Assembly (NCBI GenBank): GCA_964234715.1 | Contig: OZ174277.1 | DNA length: 64,000 nucleotides | Strand: one strand, 5' to 3' | From: Podarcis melisellensis | Lineage: Eukaryota | In this document: piece by piece, positions 1 to 12,602 of the stretch | Position numbering within the stretch: position 1 is the stretch's first letter | Layout: each line of letters opens with the position of its first letter | Translations under genes and position numbers: made by a program | Notes under the pieces: model-generated | Databases searched by the model: none | Told to the model about the DNA's origin: nothing | What the model saw: the letters and a program-made list of their open reading frames with translations, nothing else

Positions 1-108
1 CCTGCTGGAAGGATGATGGGAATCTTCACACACATACAAAGGGAGAAGGACAGGGAGTTTCCAACAGTGTGGGATCACACACCATAGGAGAAGGCTCATC
101 TCTTTTAT

Positions 109-139
<31 letters not shown>

Positions 140-825
140 ATAGGGAGCTATAGGTGTCATTTCAGATACGAATGCTAATTCATGAATTATATTTAAGACC
201 TCACATGAACAATCTGAGTGAGCAGTAAAAGATGGGAGGAGGAAACTCACCCAGTTTTCAGCTTTTTGCCATGCTTTGTGCACAGCTGCTGCTGCTGCTG
301 TGGTAGTTGCTTGAGTTAATTCCACACTGCACTATCACTTGAATGCATGATTAAGTGTAATCTAATAACCCACCCTATGACATGAGGTGCAGGAATAATG
401 GAATACCATGGTAGCCTAAAGAGGCATAGTTTTATGATACCCATAGCTGTAAAGTCAAAACTTTTGAGGTCTATTTGCTTTCCCCTTCTTGAGAACAATA
501 AGAACATCTAACTGAAATCAGTGGTAGAATACTCATTGATTTTGATGGATTGGTTAGAAAATGGCTAAAACGAGTAGCAGCTGTTTTTAAAGTACCACAC
601 ATACATATATTCAACATCAATCTGGCCCAGATGCACTTAAAGGCAAAATGCTGATATTAGCTCTTCAGCTTCATCCCACAATCCTAAACATTTGTCATGG
701 ATCATCCACTGCAACACAGAACCCTTGCAACAGATTTACACTAACAATATTGGAGTGACACAGTGCTAGATATGCCCTTCTAATTATACATTTGCTGGGG
801 CAGCAGGTTTTAGAGATCAGACCAT

Positions 826-826
<1 letters not shown>

Positions 827-867
<41 letters not shown>
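827..867. repeat. (CT)n microsatellite
   Basis: Direct reading; a shorter one lies at ~110-129. Confidence 0.95.
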
Positions 868-871
<4 letters not shown>

Positions 872-1919
872 TAATCAATTTACCAGCATCTGGAAATATT
901 AACGAGGCCAGGAATCCCTCATAGAATTTAGAACAGGAAGACCATAGAGTACAGAATCCATGCACCAAACACATGTGCATATCTTAAAACACCAATTTGC
1001 CTTAACCGAGAAAGCCAATGTACTCATACTGCAATTTTCATTTGTTGCCTGCACAAATGCCTAGCCATGATCCACATATTAGTTATACTTCCACATGACT
1101 GAATATCATCTTGATCCATAAGACAGTACAAAGGTAAATGGATTGAAGCTAATAGGTAATATGACCCAAAACCAATACAGGAAAGAAAGCGACATTGGTT
1201 TGAATGGAACTGCTGTGTACTGGGTTTAGGATCAGTTTGAAAGGACCACGGAATAACCTCATGTATTTCAACTAGGCTGAATGATGCCTGGCAGTCATGT
1301 CCCAATGTGAATACACAAATATAGGCAGAAAAGAAGTCACACTGTAAAGAGAAGGTAAGCAATGAATATGCAGAACACAACAATTATCACCAGCTAAATC
1401 AGGGTTTTTAGAGCACTCACATGGCATATAGGTCAGTTCAAATCTTCAAGAATAATACCTTAAGGCTGAAATCTTTTGTGCTATTTACTTGGGAGTAAGT
1501 TCCACTAAACTCAATGGAGCTTAGTTCTGAGTAATAAAAATAAAAGTGTGCTATAACTATTTTCATACCTCCCATTGAATGTCGGTATGCTACCAAAAAT
1601 GACAAAAATACAATCCCATCACAACACCAATTTGAGCCAGAATCTGTGTTTTTGATGTATCATGTCTTTGAGGTTTTTTAGCTCTGAAATTTACACAACT
1701 TTGCTACACAAAATGCTAATTATTGAGAGGGAAGGTTATCAAAGGGAAGTTTGAAAGGGGGGTTCTTTGGCAACATAGGCAACATGTTGAATAATTTATT
1801 TGGCTCTTATCTGCAATTAAAAAAAAACACCTTAATTTTTTTTGGACAAAAAAAGAGCAAATGTATTCAGCTATACAAAAACAGAATGCAATTATAATAT
1901 AAATGTAGTTTATTCATAC

Positions 1920-2022
1920 CTTATTATGTGTCTGCGTTTGTCCAACCAGTATAAGAATATTTGATGAGATAATAGACAGGCAGAAATTAATTAGAATTAT
2001 TGACCTCTCAGATCTGATGTAT
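1920..2022 (-). CDS. ADGRB3: ADGRB3/BAI3 internal coding exon (ICL1-TM2), 103 nt
   Basis: The minus strand reads ttctttggacag|A TAC ATC AGA TCT GAG AGG ... CAT AAT AAG|gtatga = (R)[34 protein letters not shown], matching ADGRB3 as I recall it. Canonical AG/GT; phase is compatible with the exon at 6283-6386. Too short to appear in the ORF track. Confidence 0.96.
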
Positions 2023-4452
2023 CTGTCCAAAGAAAGACACACAAAAAAGGCTATCTAAATACATTGCATACCAATATTGTAATTTTTTTAAAAAAATCTG
2101 ACATTTTTAAAAGTTTTAAATAGCACTTCTGAAAAATAAAATGCCTTCTGTCAGAAGTCTGAAGATAACTTTTTAAATCATTATTTTTTATTATTAATAA
2201 TAGCATTGGATAAGAAAAAAACAAGTTCTCCATAATTCTCCAACAATTCCAAGAGATTTGCTACATGTGTGTTGGTAATTGGACTTCATAGCCCTTGATG
2301 TTTATGATACAGCATTTTGAAATTAGCAACTCGCACCACCTAGTTCTAGAGCAATATAGCTGCTTATGACTGGTTGCAGCCCTCTGGGAAATGATTTACA
2401 GAAGCCCTACTCAAATTAGTGCTTTTGCTCAGCTGCCACTCATTTCAATAAGACACTCACTGCTTATTGTGTGATAGGAATATTTGAGCATATAAATTTA
2501 ATCCACTCATTAATTATGATGCTAGGTTATACCGGTACTTACAAAATAGCTTGTGTATAGAAGCTAGAATACAGATAATTTATGCTACTGCCAAATAATG
2601 CATTAAGTTGACAGTCCACATACACACCACTGCCAATAGTTGCTTTGCCAGTAATTTAGGAAACTTTTTTAGTGTGTGAAAGTTCAAATTTTGTATATAT
2701 TACATACACTTTTGCATGCTGTCTGATACAGAGAATCATTCAGAGCAAAATATTATGGTTGAGGATCAAGTAGTATCTACCAAAAAGTAGCCATCTTTCA
2801 ATTATTGGCTCTGCTGCACAAGATGCCTCCCCCTGTTCTTTGCTGAACCCCTTTCCCAACTGCAGCAGGTGTGCAAACACCACACCAGCCTTGCACAATG
2901 AAGAATATTAGTTTTGCATTGAGAAAACTTTTTTGAAGGGTGCATGGACATTAGTCCACTTCAGTAAATTATGAAAGCATTATGAGTACTAGCCAACTTA
3001 AGTTTTACTTAGAGTAGACCCACTGAAATTAATGAACCTAACTTAGTCATGTTTATTAATTTCAATGGGCTTACCCTGAGTAAATCTTAGTTGAATACTA
3101 CCCCATGTGATCTAATTTTATTGTTGCACTAGGGAACTGAACATCATATGATCAACACAAGTCCATTTCACTTCTAACAAAAAATAGAGCTAAGTAAGCA
3201 AACTTGTAAAGTCTTTTTTTTTAAGTCATAGGAATAATTTCACTGGAATAGGAAACCAAATAATTTGTTGCCCCAAACCCTGATACTTTCATCTGTCCTT
3301 GCCAGTGAAAAAATGTTGCCTTGAGATATTCCTGTGTTAAATTATCAATGTGATGTACAACCCAGTTGTGCTGAAAATATTTAAGCACATCTCTATGGAC
3401 TCTGATATCAATCCAAATTCTTCTACTCAACTGGGTTGTGGATCAACTAGAAATATGTTGGGGTTTCTAGTGGTTTGCTTTGCATTAAGTCGGGAATGTT
3501 CTGCTGGCAGCCCATGGTGCAAATCTGTTCTCCAAAACAATTTTATCTGCCCATTGTTACTCCTCCTGGTTTCTAATCAAAGTGTTGTGAGAGCCTGAGC
3601 ATACTTTCATTCATAAATAACTAATAGTGTGTGAGAAAGAGCCATTCCACTCTTTAATGTTACATCTCTCTTTCAGTGCATGTGCCCCATAATTGTGAAG
3701 TAAGGCAGACAGATGCAAAAGAGGGCAGGATTCCCACAGCTGCAATAGATGTGCAGGAGATGAAATTTCAGCTGTTGTAGCTTGCCATGCAATTTAAGCT
3801 GTTGCAATGTCCTCTTCTGCAGAACTATTAAGGGTGGGGAAGCCTTGTCCTATTTTGCATCTGGTCACCCTACTGTAAAGCCTTTATGGCTAGGAAGTAA
3901 AACATGATTGTACCATACATGAAAGTATGCATGTTTGTTCCTATCTTCAGAATTAACTTTTAGAAAGTTAAAAGAAGAAAGTATTGGTTTGTGTGGCCAA
4001 AATCCCTGCCACCTATTGGGATCCTGCCCTTAGAACAAAGTGGACTCCTCAGATATATGTCTTTCCCTGTACTAAAGAAAACTCACTGTAGGTAAGAATC
4101 CCACATGCTATCCAAGGATTCAAATAATTCAGGCTTTGCTCCATTTTGTTGTTGATGATGTTTGTGCATTACTACTTTTAGTAAAGACTGGGGTGCACAT
4201 TTCCACTCATTTTGGAAACAAACAACCTCAGTTGGGTATAACATTCATGGTTATAGACAGCACCAAGTTTATCATTTAGAGACTGATACTAACTCTAGGC
4301 TTCCCTAGTTTTAGACTCCATCAAGTGCTAGAAAAGTAATCCCACAATGCACCGGGCCAGCTCTGCCAAATAATTAGGTGTGAGGACAGTGATGTATTAC
4401 CCCTCAAGTTCCCCCACCATGATGCTACTAGGCTCACTGTGTTTGTTTAGAT

Positions 4453-4645
4453 CAGAGCTTTCCAAACTGTGTGTCGCGACACATTAGTGTGTCAACTGCA
4501 GGGTGTAAGTGTGTCACGCAAATGCTCCCAGCGCTCCTCCTGGGGCTGAAAAGGGGTTAGTTTAACCTCCAGTTTGCTACAGTGTCACAGAACGATACAT
4601 TTCTTAAAAAGTGTGTCACAAGCATGAAAAGTTTGGAAGGCTCTG
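4453..4645. mobile_element. hAT-type MITE
   Basis: TIR cagagctttccaaact / agtttggaaggctctg; 8-bp TSD gtttagat/atttagat. Confidence 0.85.
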
Positions 4646-5496
4646 ATTTAGATAAATGTGTAACTATGAGAGTATTCACCTATGGTTTTTATGTGGATTT
4701 AATCATTTATTTGTTTCATCAGTGTCATGTAGCAATAAATAGTACTGATAAACCATCAGTTAGTACAACAATGTTCTTTTAAAACTATTTTAAAAATAAT
4801 AATTTCAAGAAGTGTCCACTTGGGTAAGGATGAGCTGTAATCATAATTCACTGTCATTTTACAACTCAGAGACAGATTCATCCCCCCTACTTCTAAACTG
4901 CAGCAGCTTCAGTTGGAATTTCTCCATGGCTTTCATTTGTGAATGTGATCTATGGGCAGCTCACACAGTCAATCCTCAAGATGATCCATGAGGATGCGTT
5001 CGCATAAGAGCTGTGATAAGGAATGTGCGACCATCCAGATTTTGTTGGATGACAGCTCCCACAATCTCTGGCTATTGGCTGTGTTGAGATTTGGATGGGA
5101 ATTGGAATCCAACAACTGGAAGGCCACAGATTTCCCCATCTCTCACACAGAGCATGTCGTGGATCTCATCAAATAGAGCTGGGCATGTGGAAATCACTAT
5201 AGGAAATCTCAGTTTGTGTGGGACGTTCACTGTGCAAATGTTCACCTGGGGACACTCAAGGAACAGTGTGTTAAGGCAAAATCGAATGTGTGAAGTTGCC
5301 TCAGGTCAGAAATTACTGAGGAACCTTTGAGACCCAAAGTCTGAGTGATAAAGCAAACAAAAGCAGCATTTGTTTGTGTCATAAGGCCAGGATTCTGGAG
5401 TAGATATCATCTAACTTCACATTTTAAAAAGAAATCACTGATTAGAAGTGTGATTACAATGAAGGGCTATCACTTCGACCCAGAGCTCTTTTCATC

Positions 5497-5930
5497 TTAT
5501 TTACTTACAATTTATTTATTTTCTATTTATATACTGCCCTTTATCAAAAGATCCCATGGTGATGTACAATGTTTAAAACATATTTTACAGAGAATAATAA
5601 TGAAAGCATAATACAAATCATAATAGACAGCATAATAACAAAACAAATTTAATAACAATCCTTCCCTCACCATCTTCAACAGGCCATGCATTATTTAATG
5701 GCTGAAGCCCTGGGTAAAAAGGAATGCTTTCCCCTGGTACCTAAAGATATGTAAAGATGGCACCAGGCAAGCCTCTTTCGGGAGAGCATTCCACAGATGG
5801 GGAGCTACTACAGAAAAGGCCTGTTCTTGTGCTGCCACCCTTCAAACCTCTCGAGAAGGGTCTCAAATGTCAAGTACAGGGCCTGGGCCTGTTCATATGG
5901 GGGAGATGCAGTCCTTAATGTATCCCATAT
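5497..5930 (-). mobile_element. L2-type LINE 3' fragment
   Basis: tttatttatt tail and gggagagcattccacagatggggagc..acagaaaaggcc body typical of squamate L2. L2-like tails also at ~14465-14567 (+) and ~21700-21800 (-). Confidence 0.6.
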
Positions 5931-6282
5931 GTAGGATTCTCAACTGAAATGGCAGGTCCACACACTCTTCTCCAGTGAATTGAAAGGGGAAACCCCTGAC
6001 AGTGGTGGAGCTCTGAATGTGGCTCCCCAGTGTTGAGAAGAAATGGTGATAATAATAGCAGATATCATTAATGCTGAATAGGAAGAGAAAATAGGGCATT
6101 TGATCACCACCAGGCCAAGCTTGAACAGAAACCGTGTCAACCTAATCAGACTTATTAATACGTTACAACTCTTCTGCAGTAGCGATCTTGTTTTTCCTAG
6201 ATTAATAGAAACCCTTCTTCAATGACCCCTCAGTTCTGAATAATTGCACATTTCTATAAACCCACACGATTCAATTACATAC

Positions 6283-6386
6283 CTCCATAGTGCTGCATAG
6301 ACAACTGCTAGGGTGATCAAAGCCAAGCATGAAAGGCCACTGCCTACTATAAGGGTTACTGAGGGAGCACCAGATGATTCCATGAT
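6283..6386 (-). CDS. ADGRB3: ADGRB3/BAI3 internal coding exon (TM1), 104 nt
   Basis: cccacag|ATC ATG GAA TCA ... CTA TGG AG|gtatgt = [34 protein letters not shown](R), inside ORF 6219-6521. Ends in phase 2, joining the A at 2022. Confidence 0.96.
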
Positions 6387-7988
6387 CTGTGGGTCATAAC
6401 AAACATCTATCAGATAAAACCATGTTCCAGTAACTAAACCATAAAACCAAAACAGGAGAGATGGATATCTGATGTAGTGATTAGCCACATCATCTAAGTA
6501 GCATTGCCAACAAGTAACCACGTCTCTCTACTTCAGCCTCTGTCCTAGCTCCTAAAGTACCCGAGGCCTGGGTATTTACAGAATACCAAGACAGTAACCC
6601 CACTGGTCTTTGATGATATCCTCAGTAGTCTATTTTATCTCATGAAAATAAATACATGAAATTTTTTTAAAAGAGAGAATAGGGAAAGCCAATAGTCTGA
6701 TGGCCACCCATAACATTAACTGACATTAAAAAGCTCTCTAGGTTTTGCTTTGAGGGGAAAAAACTTCACAAGTAAAAATTGTTTTCCTCCTTGAAAGGCA
6801 GATGTATTTGGATAGCAATGTTCTAAACAAATTGTGTGATTTATTCTGACAAATGTAATGCCAACTAATTTCTTATCCAAAATACAAGATCAAACTTTCT
6901 AACTCTACCAGTAACTTTGCCTTAAAGCCAGCATTCATTTTCTTTCTGTCTCTTAGGAGCTAAGAGAGTACCAATTTATGAAAAAAAGAGAACAAAACAT
7001 ATGCATCATTTGTAAGATCTGGACCTCTGAAACAATAGCACTTCTAATGTTTAATATTTATAGGAGCTGAAGTATAAATGACCTTGAGGCAGAATAACCA
7101 TTTTTTTTGAGCTATGAAATTACCTCCAACACCCCACCTTTGCCCTACACACAAGCATTTACACTGGTTTTGTTGGTTTTGTTTTGTTTCAAAATGTACA
7201 AATTCAAAACAATTAGACCAGGAAGTTTGCAGTGATCTGCTGCTTGATTTAGCAGTGTGCTGCTGAAAAGCCTCAAGGCTCCAGTATAAATTGCATTTTA
7301 TCAAGATACAATTTGTAACCAAGGTGAGGCAAACTGTATATCTTATCCAGGTTTTTAAGTTTATTTCTGCCAAATACTTCTAGTTTACTGCTGAGAAGAC
7401 CCTTGGCCACACACTGAAAATCTTTTTCCCTTAAAGCTTCAAGGTGCTTCCTCTTTAAAACAAAAAACACCAACCAACCTATTTTATAGGCATTAATACT
7501 GTTGATTTCCTATTTCTCGATCTTCATCATTGCATTCATACTAGAGGGTCTATTTTACAAGATATCAACAGACAGCATAGATTCCTTGTAATGCCCAATG
7601 CAGAACTGCAATCTGTTTAACTAGTGTAGCTAGGTTCCTGCTTCTACCAGCAACAATAAAAAAACCTTGTATATTCTTTTTTCCCTTCTTTTTTTTTTAA
7701 AAAAGAAAACCCAGGACTGTAATACATTACATTACAGTTGCTAAGTTTTCTCTAAGAAAACAGGAGTACCTCAGCACTTGAAACTGACTAGCATTTAGTT
7801 ATAAGGCAAAACCAGCAATTCGTTCCTCAAAACTAAGAACTGCTAATAGATAAGAGAAAAGCCAGTCTTTTCCAGACCTGCAACGCTGATACAATTTCTC
7901 ATCTGAGTTAATGCTGGACACATAAAAACACACACCAAAAACCCTCCCAGTCATTGCATTAAACTCAGGGCTTTTTTCTTCTTCTTCT

Positions 7989-8128
7989 NNNNNNNNNNNN
8001 NNNNNNNNNNNNNNNNNNNNNNNNNNNNNNNNNNNNNNNNNNNNNNNNNNNNNNNNNNNNNNNNNNNNNNNNNNNNNNNNNNNNNNNNNNNNNNNNNNNN
8101 NNNNNNNNNNNNNNNNNNNNNNNNNNNN
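7989..8128. other. Assembly gap (140 N)
   Basis: Run of N. Confidence 1.
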
Positions 8129-8138
8129 AGAGTCGTTC
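8012..8138 (-). CDS. ADGRB3: ADGRB3 GPS/Stachel exon, mostly inside assembly gap (3' end inferred)
   Basis: A long polypyrimidine tract and tgcag| (AG at 8140-8139) are followed by G AAC GAC TCT = (x)NDS, matching ADGRB3 '..TNESLGTWSTQGC..'. The rest falls in N 7989-8128. The end at 8012 assumes the 127-nt human exon size (from memory), which fits the gap and the required phases. Confidence 0.75.
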
Positions 8139-8427
8139 CTGCAAGAAGAGAGAGGGAGGGAGACAGAGAAAGAGGGAGGGAGGGAGAAAGAGAGAGAGAA
8201 AGAAAATCGGGATAATTACGGCTGACGGTCAATTCCTTGAAGAGAAAATGCAGTTTAATTGAGAGCAGAGTCTAGTGTGGTTCCCGGACAGAAGAGATCT
8301 ACTTGTTGTTGAATAGGACTTAATTTAGATGCATCTCCAGCTGTACAGTAATGCGGGGAGGGGGGCGAGAGAGGCGGCGAGGGAGGGGGACAGAAGGCAA
8401 GCAGGCAGCTCGGCGGCGCGCAGTGAG

Positions 8428-8451
8428 CTGTCCAGAGCTCTTGGTGCTGAA
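8428..8451 (-). promoter_or_regulatory. Non-canonical (split) REST/NRSF RE1 site
   Basis: Minus strand TTCAGCACC-aagagctct-GGACAG(CTC): both RE1 half sites exact, with a 9-nt spacer instead of 2. Confidence 0.55.
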
Positions 8452-8637
8452 AGGGCTCTGTAAGAGCTCTCTCGGCTCGCCGTAGAAGCGGAAGCCTTCC
8501 CCGCTGCCCGCCGCTTTCCCAACTGCTCAGATCACTGCGAAAACTCATAGCGGGGGGAAATAAAACAAAAGACCCTTGTGGTTCCCCCACCCCCCGTCTT
8601 TCATACCAGCTCTGCCACGTTTTTGTGAAGCTATTAC

Positions 8638-8999
8638 CTCGCTCCCTCTCTTCCGTGCGTGTGTGTGTGTAATTTAAATGCAGATGGCTCTGTAATATCT
8701 GTCTGATTAACACTGGTTAGATTGGCCAATTCTGGGTCTTCTTTTTTTCTGGCTAGGATTTCGTAGGTGGTGTAGCTATTTTGTTCTCCTTGTGGGTTTT
8801 CAAGCTCAGCCTTGCGGATTTCACCCTGGAAACGGGCGGCAGCGGCTGATTCCTTCTCCAACTCTTCCCTTTTTCGCCTGAGCTCCAGCGCAGGGGTGGA
8901 TTTCAGCAGGGCAGCGCATCGTTCAAGAGACACCAGTTCGCCCTCCAGACATCCCTCCGTCCAACTCGCCCTGCTTCCCTCCCTCCTTTTCCTTTCCAT
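8638..8999 (-). CDS. Candidate alternative first coding exon of a short ADGRB3 isoform (120 aa + 2 nt)
   Basis: ACCATGG Kozak (ATG 8999-8997), open frame MERKRREGS...HGREGA, ending at GAG|GTAATA donor (GT 8637-8636) in phase 2. Joining to 8138 gives AG+G AAC GAC TCT (R-N-D-S) in frame. Confidence 0.5.
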
Positions 9000-10092
9000 G
9001 GTACTGGTGGGTGTGTGGCGGAGGAGGGGAGGGGGGGACACGGGACACACAAGCGCGAAGAGATCGTTTGCTGGGGCTTTATCCACTACCACCCTGTTCT
9101 TAAAGGGGAGGGGGGAGAGCCTCAAGAAAAAAAAGAAAACGCCACCCTTGATTTGATTAGCAATTTAAAAAGTACAAAAGCTTCTTCTCTAATCCTCCCC
9201 GGTAGAGCAATAAAATGGTATCAACCCGCGTTTTCCTTGTGCAGAGAAAAAGAGCAAGGCGGGAGTAGGGGTGGGTAGTGGGTGGGAAGAGAGAATCGCC
9301 TTGTTTTTCCATGTGAATCAAAGGGGTTACGGGGTCTCTCCTCAAGGAGAACTGCTCGGCTTCTTCGGACTCAAACCAGTTTTCACGCATTTAATGTTTT
9401 GCGAATTGGAACAGGCGGGTGTCGTTTCCTTCCCCCTCACATGCCTTCGCACAAGCTCTCTCGCCCCCTCCCCCCGGTTTCCAGAACCAGGCTTCGTATG
9501 CAGGGATTCATGTATTGCCTAAGCTATCTGTGCACGGATGCCAGGAAGTCTCCTGCAAGCAACAGCGAGTGCTGTCAATTCCATCCCCAAGGCACTTAAA
9601 AACAAGGGGGAGGAGGAGGTGGCGAGAGAAGGAGAGGGAGGGGAAGAGCGCTTTCACCTTCAAATTCCTCCTCCTTTCAACTCCCTTTGAACCAGCCCTC
9701 CTGCTCTGGCTTTCCCACGTCTGTTCGCGGCGATGACTGCGAGCGCGGACTCTGGAGCCCCGGCCATTTGTGCTCCGAAGCGCGCGCCCTCCTATCCCAC
9801 CAGGCGCCACTTGCCTTCCACACCCCGCGAGCTCAATAGTTGGCACTACAAATGGCTTCGGAGCCGAGTCATAAACAAAGCAAAAGACGGGGGCGGGGGT
9901 GAAGAGAGTCCCCCAAACTGCGCTATTCAGGATCTCCTTCGGTACCCTGTCCAGGCCAGCTGTAGCCTTCAAACTCACAAACGCCTAAAAACTCCAGGAC
10001 TATTTTCCTTTAAATTGTGTGTGTGTTTGAAAAATTAGTATTTATGTTGTAATTCACACAGACATATATAATTGGTATATATTGTCTAATTT

Positions 10093-10093
<1 letters not shown>

Positions 10094-10138
<45 letters not shown>
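10094..10138. repeat. (CA)n microsatellite at the edge of the CpG island
   Basis: Direct reading. Confidence 0.95.
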
Positions 10139-10142
<4 letters not shown>

Positions 10143-12602
10143 TCATATACTGGAATCTACCTGCTACTGATTAACCTCACCTACTCAATTTATTAATCCC
10201 TCTGAATCTTGTCTTGTTGTGACACGCTGTTAAAGCCCAAATGAAATACATTTATCAGGGGTGATTAAATATTAAAGAAGATGGGAGCTTAAGGGAAACT
10301 GACGTGGCTTAACACATAAAGGCAGTGTTATTATCCATTCTCAGAGACGTTTAATACACTCAGGGGTGAACTGGCCATGGAAAGGATAGGGCAGCTGCCT
10401 GAGAGGTGGATCTCATGAAAGCTACCATTTCCCAGAGTTGATTAGTGCAGCTGGACTGGCTCGCTTGATTGCCACCATACCTTGTCACAACCCTCAGTTT
10501 GTTTCTAAATTACACCACTTGTATCCAACTCCTAGGTTTGCAGAAACACTACAAGCTGGAGAGCAGAGTGAGATTTTCTCGGCCTTCTAAGAACAGGTAA
10601 ATTGGCTCACACACCCATTAGGCTTAGATAATGTAAGACTCTTTGCCCCTAACCCCCAAAGCCCCATTGGGCAAAGTTTTGCCTGCATATTGTAGACTTC
10701 TGTTTTCTTTTTCTTCTCCTTCTTCTCCAATATGCTAACTCGAACTCCACAACTACAATTTTCCTGAGGTTTGAGGCTGGCTTGTCTGATGGCAGAGAGG
10801 GACAGAAGAGACCGGGAAGCCCTACTGACTGTACAGAATTTACAATGCAGCCCTTTGGACACTGCATTCATCTGAGCTACTCTGCAAGTTACTTTTGCAG
10901 CCAGACTGCCTTTGAAAAATCACCTCTCCTGGGCCTGATTCCCATGCCTCATGTCATCAGAACCACTCTACCTAGTTGTCTAGAATGCCATGCAGTTACT
11001 TCCAATGCCAGCATCAGAGGCCTTGATGGAGGTGAGGTTGTAGCATGGGAAATACTCATGAGATCAAGGCAACAATGTAGTGCAGATTATGGAACTTCAA
11101 CATGCTTCTACTGAAACATGAAAGCCAGCCTTGGGGAAACGGCTTTGCAGCAAGCAAGCATACTGCAAAGGCAAGCTGCACATTGGACCTAAGCTAGCTG
11201 AAATGTGAAGGATGTGCCATTTATATTTATTTACTATGAAGAACTGCTCTACCATGTGTGCTGCTCTACCAAACACAGAAGTGCAATTTTGACCCATGGG
11301 ATTCAGAAAGGAAAGCAAATATTGAATATTTATACACCATTGTGTCAGTAATTTCCCAAAAAGTGGGCCAGTATTAACATGCATGGCCGATTCAAAGAGG
11401 TTTGGCTAAGTCCACCTATTGAGCTCATACTGAACTGTGAATTGACCCATGGGCATTTCTGTTTGTACTCTCAAGCCATTGCATTGCAACTGGACAATGC
11501 AATGGAGGGAGAGAGGCCTTAAATGAGCGTTGAAGGTATTAGTGAGCATGGGGAATGAATACAAGCAGAACTTACCCCTTCCTGCAGTGTGTGGAATGAT
11601 GCATGTGTGTGGAGAGGTTATGGCCCATCCTGGGTGAAGTGAGGTGTCTGTGGACTGGGCTGGCCACTGCCATGCCACAACTCCAATTTGGGCAACTGTG
11701 GCATCAGGAGCTGCCTTTGCAGAGACATGGAAACCTGCTCATGTCTCTCCTTAGGCAAAGTGCTCAGGCATTAACAGACCACCCAAGGACAACTGCAGCA
11801 AAGAAATCCAGGTCAGTACCTCGGGTGGATAAGAACCAAATTATCTCCCTGCACACATACCCTCCAAAATTTATTCCGTCTTATTGGTTTATGATTTGAA
11901 TGTACATGTTTTAAAAGTTGTGTCCATTATACTTCATGGGCTTACTCCATCTCTTTTTTGCTATCCACAGGGACTTCATTTGAAGATATTAACGCATGGG
12001 TGACCTAGTTTGCCTCTGGAGTCACGTTCAGTAATTGACATTTCCAAGTACAGGTGGGAAAGACTCCCATGTGAAATGCTTTGCAACTCAGTGTAGATGA
12101 CACCCAAGACTGATGAACAAATGGCAATACCAGCATCCCTATGTTGTTTACAGAAGGGGAGAGAATAAAACCAATTGACTGAGTGGACTAAAACCTGCTC
12201 TACTTTGGATCCAAGCCACCATGATTTTTGCAAACTGTCTCCTGAGTATCTTACTGACATGCTTTCTTTATTTGCCTTATGGGAATGCCTGATGTTAAGA
12301 CTGACACAGAGCAGGGTTCAATATTGTCAAAAGTTCATCTCTCATGAATATGGTTTTGAGCTCCACACTTGGAGAAGGGTAACAAAATCTTATTGGCAGT
12401 TCTGGCTTTTCAAAAAAAGGAAAATGAAACAGCAGTCATGAAAACTTGCAGAAAGTTATAGCAGAGAATTGACAGAATAAGGATAATAAATCAAGGCTGC
12501 ATAATAATGTGACTAGTTAAATTTATTCCACAGCTTCATTGTTCACAACATACATTTGTGTATGGGGAGTATATTCCTGTGTATTTATTTAGAGGGGTAT
12601 AT

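Larger units (their letters stand above)
8130..9960 (-). promoter_or_regulatory. Intronic CpG island / candidate alternative promoter of ADGRB3
   Basis: GC- and CpG-rich stretch in otherwise CpG-depleted DNA, with no recognisable TE. Contains a GC box (~9890), ATTGGCCAAT (8721-8730) and a split RE1 (8428-8451). It lies directly upstream of the GPS exon. Confidence 0.75.

Noticed and set aside
6219-6521. Whole 100-aa ORF as a single-exon gene
   Set aside because: Only 6283-6386 is bounded by splice sites and matches ADGRB3; the flanks are intron read-through.
8255-8548. ATG-initiated MSFRSDLSSW... frame as the alternative first exon
   Set aside because: I found no convincing phase-2 donor before its stop; the 8999-8638 frame fits better.
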